33,055 bases of DNA from positions 1 through 33,055 of the IMG/VR virus record IMGVR_UViG_3300044228_003889; one strand, written 5' to 3'. Below the pieces are notes generated by a model. The model searched no databases, had not been told where the DNA came from, and was given only the letters and a program-made list of their open reading frames with translations. Shown here one piece after another: positions 28,271 to 33,055 of the stretch. Position numbers and translations under genes: made by a program. How positions within the stretch are numbered: position 1 is the first letter of the stretch; each line of letters starts with the position of its first letter. Source of the DNA: a virus (Duplodnaviria; Caudoviricetes).

Positions 28271-29323
28271 ATGTTAGGAACCTATTATTACCATGAAATA
28301 ATCAGAAGGACTATTATAGCCTTTGGTACTCTTTTTAATGAAATCGATATTAAACATCAGACTGCTGCAGGTGGAGCATTTTCAACTGTAAGAGTTCCAA
28401 TTGCTTATGGCCCAACAGAAAAGTTCTTGGCAAGATTAGAACAGAAACCAGATTTGAGAAAGAGAGTCGCAATAACTTTACCTCGTTTAGCATTTGAAAT
28501 GGATGGGATATCATATGATCCAGCAAGAAAAGTCTCTACAATGCAAACTTTTAAAGCATTTACAAAAGATGGTTCAAAGAGTGCAAGAAAAGTATTCATG
28601 CCAGTTCCATATAATTTAAGTTTTAAGTTATATGCAATGACTCAATATAATGAGGATTCACTTCAAATTATTGAACAAATATTACCATACTTCCAACCAT
28701 CATTTAATTTAACTGTAGATTTAGTTAAAGCAATTGGCGAAAAAAGAGATATACCAATGGTACTAGACAGTGTTACCTTTGATGATAATTATGATAGTGG
28801 TTTTGAGCAGAAAAGAGTTATAACACACACATTAGGATTTACAGCAAAAACTTACTTGTTTGGCCCAGTATCAGATTCTGGTTCAGGTCTTATTAAGAAA
28901 GTTCAGGTTGATTATCATACAAGTGCTAATACTAAAACTGCATCAAGATCTAAGAGATATGTTGCAACACCAAGGGCACTCAAGGATTATAATGATGATG
29001 CAGTAACAACACTTGCAGAAGATATAACAAGAACACAGAAGAAATTCTTAGTTCAAGATACATCAAGTTTAGTTGTAGATACTTACATTGCTATCGGTGA
29101 TGAACTTATGTTTATCAAAGAAATTGACGGTAATAATATTACAGTAAAACGTGGTGAAGATGGAACAACTATAGATACTCATATAAACGGTGATGTAATT
29201 GACGCAGTTAATGCTCAAGATGATGCACTTGTTGAAGTTGGTGATGACTTTGGATTTAGTGAACAAAGGTTTGATTTACCAGACTTTAGAACATATAGTC
29301 CTACAAAAGGAGTTGATGTATGA
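28271..29323 (+). CDS. gp15: Tail sheath stabiliser/terminator gp15, with extra C-terminal domain
   Basis: YYH..IR..I.AFG.LFN.I, VPIAYGP..KF, LPRL.FE, P.PY, QI.EQILPYF.P. Confidence 0.93.
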   Translation: MLGTYYYHEIIRRTIIAFGTLFNEIDIKHQTAAGGAFSTVRVPIAYGPTEKFLARLEQKPDLRKRVAITLPRLAFEMDGISYDPARKVSTMQTFKAFTKDGSKSARKVFMPVPYNLSFKLYAMTQYNEDSLQIIEQILPYFQPSFNLTVDLVKAIGEKRDIPMVLDSVTFDDNYDSGFEQKRVITHTLGFTAKTYLFGPVSDSGSGLIKKVQVDYHTSANTKTASRSKRYVATPRALKDYNDDAVTTLAEDITRTQKKFLVQDTSSLVVDTYIAIGDELMFIKEIDGNNITVKRGEDGTTIDTHINGDVIDAVNAQDDALVEVGDDFGFSEQRFDLPDFRTYSPTKGVDV

Positions 29324-29739
29324 GTAAGTTCGATGAAATAGATGAGTTTTTGGATATAGAAGCAGTTGATGATTCAAAAAATAATCAAATTGAAGAAGTA
29401 AATAAAAAAGATGATCCAACTCTTGATTATGAATACTCAAGAGGTAACTTATATTCTTTAATTGAAAAAGGACAAGAAGCACTTAATGGTATTCTTGAAG
29501 TAGCACAGGGTAGTGACCATCCGAGAGCATACGAAGTTGCAGGACAATTAATTAAAAGTGTTGGAGATACAACTGATAAGTTGATTGATTTACAATCAAA
29601 AATGAAAGAGTTGAATAAAGAAGAAAAAGATTCACCAAAAACAGTTAATAATGCATTGTTTGTTGGTTCTACTTCCGAACTTTCAAAGTTATTGAAGAAG
29701 GGAGTTCTAAATAATAATGTGGAAAAGGAAGAAGAATGA
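29320..29739 (+). CDS. gp16: Terminase small subunit gp16
   Basis: DYEY.R..L, A..S.HPRAYEV, NNALFVGST.EL. Confidence 0.93.
   Translation: MSKFDEIDEFLDIEAVDDSKNNQIEEVNKKDDPTLDYEYSRGNLYSLIEKGQEALNGILEVAQGSDHPRAYEVAGQLIKSVGDTTDKLIDLQSKMKELNKEEKDSPKTVNNALFVGSTSELSKLLKKGVLNNNVEKEEE
29707..29713 (+). promoter_or_regulatory. Putative late promoter CTAAATA inside the gp16 3' end
   Basis: Late core 22 bp upstream of the ATG at 29736. Confidence 0.45.
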
Positions 29740-30449
29740 AATCATTTAAAGAATTTTTACAAGAAAGTAGTTTAACAAGACTGAAGAGTAAGTCAGATAA
29801 AGGTGGTATGGCTATTCTTTCTGGAAGTCGTGGTGATAAATCTGCAAAAGAAAATCGTGCAAGAGCAAAGCAGTTAGATAAAGACATTCGTGGTAAGTTT
29901 GGAAAGGGTGCAACAAAAGTAACTGGAAAATATCTAGAAAAAGATGAAAAAACTGGACAAGAAAAGAAAGTAAAGGAAAGAAGTCACGTTGTAACTTCTG
30001 GAAAGATGGGTAAGAGAAAGTTTAAAAAAGCAGTCAAAGCACTTGGTAAAAAATATGATCAGGATGCAGTCATCACACAAACAAAAGGTGGTGGAGGTGC
30101 TACACTAAAAAGAACTCGTAAGGGTGGATTACCAAAAAGAAATATACCTATTGGTAAGATGAAACCTCAAGGTAGAAATCCAGAGGCAGAAACTCAAATT
30201 AAGGGTAAGACATTTACTTATGAATCTTATCTTCGTGTTCAAGAAAGAGGTAAAACATACACAATAGTTCTTAGTTGGAAAGGTAAATTGATTACAACTC
30301 AGATGTTCATACCTTCATTTAAAAGACCAACAAAAGCAGAAATGACAGTAGAAATTCAAAAGGTATATCCAACAGCAATTGTAATGTACTTCAATCCATC
30401 AATGGTAGATCCAACAAAACCGATGTTGTTTGCTGGACAAGAAACGTAA
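29736..30449 (+). CDS. Basic hypothetical protein, candidate internal head protein (237 aa)
   Basis: N-terminus MKSFKEFLQE resembles the T4 internal-protein capsid-targeting sequence; very Lys-rich. Confidence 0.7.
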   Translation: MKSFKEFLQESSLTRLKSKSDKGGMAILSGSRGDKSAKENRARAKQLDKDIRGKFGKGATKVTGKYLEKDEKTGQEKKVKERSHVVTSGKMGKRKFKKAVKALGKKYDQDAVITQTKGGGGATLKRTRKGGLPKRNIPIGKMKPQGRNPEAETQIKGKTFTYESYLRVQERGKTYTIVLSWKGKLITTQMFIPSFKRPTKAEMTVEIQKVYPTAIVMYFNPSMVDPTKPMLFAGQET

Positions 30450-30455
30450 GTTGTC

Positions 30456-32099
30456 ATGAGTGAAATTTATCTTGGTAATCCTAATCTAAAAAAAGCAAAT
30501 ACACAAATTCAATTTTCTGCAGAGCAGATTGAAGAGTTTTTAAAGTGCAAAAACAATCCCGTATACTTTGCACAGAAATATGTAAAGATCGTATCTCTTG
30601 ATGAGGGATTAGTTCCGTTCAAACCATATAAGTTTCAAGAAAAATTAATTAAAAGATTTCATAAGAATCGTTTTAATATATGCAAGATGCCTCGTCAGAC
30701 TGGTAAGTCAACGACTGTGGTTTCATATTTGCTTCATTATGCTGTTTTTAATGATAGTGTAAATATTGGTATACTAGCAAACAAAGCTGCAACTGCAAGA
30801 GAATTGTTAGGAAGATTGCAGACTGCATATGAGAATCTTCCAAAGTGGATGCAACAGGGTGTGTTGGTATGGAACCGTGGATCACTGGAGTTAGAAAATG
30901 GATCAAAAATACTGGCAGCATCTACCTCTGCATCTGCAGTTAGAGGTATGTCTTTCAACATTCTTTTTCTGGATGAATTTGCCTTTGTTCCTAATCATAT
31001 TGCTGACTCGTTCTTTGCCTCTGTATATCCTACTATCACTTCTGGTAAAAAAACCAAAGTCATCATAGTTTCTACTCCACATGGTATGAATCATTTCTAC
31101 CGATTGTGGCATGATGCAGAAAGAGGAAAAAATGAATATACACCGACTGATGTTCACTGGTCTGAAGTACCAGGTAGAAATGCAAAGTGGAAAAAACAAA
31201 CGATAGCAAACACATCAGAACAGCAATTTAAAATTGAGTTTGAGTGTGAGTTCTTAGGATCTATTGATACTTTAATTGCACCAAGTAAACTTAAATCTTT
31301 AGTGTATGAAAATCCAATACAACAAAATGCAGGATTGGATATTTACATCCCTCCAGAAAAAGACCATGATTACTTAATGACGGTTGATGTTGCACGAGGA
31401 GTTGGTGAAGATTATTCCGCATTTGTTTTGACCGATATTACTGAGTTTCCACATAAAGTTGTGGCTAAATATCGAAACAACGAAATCAAACCAATGTTAT
31501 TTCCAAATATCATATATGAAGTAGCAACAAATTATAATCAATCTTTTATCCTATGTGAAGTAAATGATATCGGAGACCAAATAGCATCAATATTAAATTT
31601 TGATTTAGAATATGAAAATTTACTAATGTGCTCCATGAGAGGTCGTGCTGGTCAAATTGTAGGACAGGGATTTAGTGGAAAGAAAACTCAACTTGGAGTT
31701 AAAATGTCAAAGACGGTCAAAAAGGTTGGTGCATTAAACCTCAAGACTATGATAGAGGAAAATAAACTTTTATTTAAAGATTACAATATAATATCTGAAC
31801 TCACCACATTTATATCAAAAAGTAATTCATTTGAGGCTGAAGAAGGATGTAATGATGATTTAGCAATGTGCCTTGTAATATACGCATGGTTAGTTGCACA
31901 AGATTATTTTAAAGAACTTACAGATCAAGACGTAAGAAAAAGATTATATGAAGAACAAAAAAATCAAATTGAACAAGATATGGCACCTTTTGGTTTTATA
32001 TCTGATGGGTTGGATGACGGTAGTTTTGTAGATAATGAGGGAGATACTTGGCACGTTGATGAGTATGGAGATCGTTCTTATATGTGGGAGTATCGGTAA
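30456..32099 (+). CDS. gp17: Terminase large subunit gp17
   Basis: YLGNPNLK, Walker A PRQTGKST, Walker B ILFLDEFAF, VSTPHG, nuclease VDVARG...DYS and DDLAM. Confidence 0.97.
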   Translation: MSEIYLGNPNLKKANTQIQFSAEQIEEFLKCKNNPVYFAQKYVKIVSLDEGLVPFKPYKFQEKLIKRFHKNRFNICKMPRQTGKSTTVVSYLLHYAVFNDSVNIGILANKAATARELLGRLQTAYENLPKWMQQGVLVWNRGSLELENGSKILAASTSASAVRGMSFNILFLDEFAFVPNHIADSFFASVYPTITSGKKTKVIIVSTPHGMNHFYRLWHDAERGKNEYTPTDVHWSEVPGRNAKWKKQTIANTSEQQFKIEFECEFLGSIDTLIAPSKLKSLVYENPIQQNAGLDIYIPPEKDHDYLMTVDVARGVGEDYSAFVLTDITEFPHKVVAKYRNNEIKPMLFPNIIYEVATNYNQSFILCEVNDIGDQIASILNFDLEYENLLMCSMRGRAGQIVGQGFSGKKTQLGVKMSKTVKKVGALNLKTMIEENKLLFKDYNIISELTTFISKSNSFEAEEGCNDDLAMCLVIYAWLVAQDYFKELTDQDVRKRLYEEQKNQIEQDMAPFGFISDGLDDGSFVDNEGDTWHVDEYGDRSYMWEYR

Positions 32100-32215
32100 T
32101 GAAGAATCCATTTAAGCATGCTAAATTGAAAAGATTACTATCAAAATCATTTCCAAAAAAGAAAATAACTATCATAGATAACAAAGACGGATCACAAACA
32201 ATCTTTATACTTTGA
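32099..32215 (+). CDS. Small basic hypothetical protein (38 aa)
   Basis: MKNPFKHAKLKRLLSKSFPKKKITIIDNKDGSQTIFIL; TAATG overlap with gp17 and TGATG overlap with next ORF. Confidence 0.6.
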   Translation: MKNPFKHAKLKRLLSKSFPKKKITIIDNKDGSQTIFIL

Positions 32216-32451
32216 TGGATAAGAACGAAGAGTTTGGTTTTACTCTTGAACATTTACTCTTTCAGGAAAGAAAATGTAGAGTTTGTGGAGAAACAAAAGA
32301 TTTAGTAAATGAGTTTTATCTAATTCGTAAAAACAAAAGAAACTTTCCATCTGGGTATTCTTATGAATGTAAGATATGCACAGTCAAAAGAATTTTAAAA
32401 AATCGAAAGAAAAGTAAGGTATCAACTGAATGGTCATATCCAGACTGGTAA
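32215..32451 (+). CDS. Small zinc-finger protein (CRVC...CKIC)
   Basis: R.CRVCGE.K.L...FY.....SY.CK.C pattern. ATG at 32215 preferred over TTG at 32212 because of stop/start overlap. Confidence 0.75.
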   Translation: MDKNEEFGFTLEHLLFQERKCRVCGETKDLVNEFYLIRKNKRNFPSGYSYECKICTVKRILKNRKKSKVSTEWSYPDW

Positions 32452-32490
32452 TGTTCATGCATTGTTTCCCCAATGTAAAAGTAGCAAATA

Positions 32491-32497
32491 ATAAATA
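32491..32497 (+). promoter_or_regulatory. Putative late promoter (ATAAATA) for gp18
   Basis: Late core in the spacer before gp18; GAGGG SD at 32526-32530. Confidence 0.6.
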
Positions 32498-32536
32498 CTT
32501 TTAGTAAAATTGAATCTTTTATAAAGAGGGAAAGAC

Positions 32537-33055
32537 ATGTCGCTTAACTTAGTATCTCCTGGAGTCAAGGTAAGAGAAGTTGACTTGACTATCGGTAATA
32601 TATCTGGAGCACAAGAACAGGTCGGAGCGATTGCTGGCCCATTTGAAAAAGGCCCCATTGATGTACCGTTGTTAATAGAAAATGAGCAAGATCTTATAGC
32701 AACTTACGGAAAACCATTAGACACAGACGGACAATTTGAATATTGGATGACTGCATCATCATACCTTTCATATGGTGGTACACTAAGAGTTTTAAGATCC
32801 GATAGTTCAAATTTAAATAACGCAAACGCAGGTGTTAGTGCTGAATCAGTAACTACAAAAATTAAATCATATGATGAGTATAATTCAAATACTTATAGCA
32901 CTTTTTATTATGCAGCAAGAAACCCTGGTACATGGGGTAATGGATTAAAGGTATTCACGATTGACCATTTTGCTGATCAAGTTATTAGTGGAATCAGTAC
33001 AGGTGATATTTCAGTTGGAATGGGTGTAACCCAATCAATATCTGGAAGAATTCGA
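32537..33055 (+). CDS. gp18: Tail sheath protein gp18, 3'-truncated
   Basis: MSLNLVSPGVKVREVDLT...GAIAGPFEKGP...YLSYGG.L.V.R...AARNPGTWGN; open to the window end, hence absent from the track. Confidence 0.95.
   Translation, partial: MSLNLVSPGVKVREVDLTIGNISGAQEQVGAIAGPFEKGPIDVPLLIENEQDLIATYGKPLDTDGQFEYWMTASSYLSYGGTLRVLRSDSSNLNNANAGVSAESVTTKIKSYDEYNSNTYSTFYYAARNPGTWGNGLKVFTIDHFADQVISGISTGDISVGMGVTQSISGRIR

Noticed and set aside
30456-32099. Intein or intron in terminase
   Set aside because: 547 aa with contiguous ATPase and nuclease motifs; no splice motifs or LAGLIDADG seen
1697-32658. All other minus-strand ORFs in the track
   Set aside because: They are shadows of conserved + strand structural genes, arising from codon bias

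Overview
AT-rich segment of a T4-like marine myophage genome, most similar in gene content to cyanomyoviruses; the low GC suggests a Prochlorococcus-type host (inference). All credible genes are on the + strand. The window opens in the 3' end of a glycosyltransferase-like gene and several small hypothetical ORFs. The late structural module follows: gp25, gp6, a 3497-aa gp7-like baseplate protein, gp8, a 2450-aa VrlC/DUF4815 protein, small virion/fibre genes, gp13, gp14, gp15, gp16, a basic protein with a T4-like capsid-targeting N-terminus, gp17, two small ORFs and the start of gp18. T4-type late promoters are present. I saw no tRNA, CRISPR array, intein or mobile element. Main observations: (1) a short G-[IVL]-[GSAT]-[TS] motif is scattered through many unrelated virion proteins and is nearly absent from the terminase subunits, a candidate virion-wide modification or decoration signal; (2) all 13 Gly-Pro codon pairs avoid GGWCC; (3) gp7 carries a YHYH-like domain split by a ~540-aa insertion; (4) small domains are shared among gp7, gp8, VrlC, gp14 and gp15. 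All assignments come from motif recognition and synteny; no database search was run.
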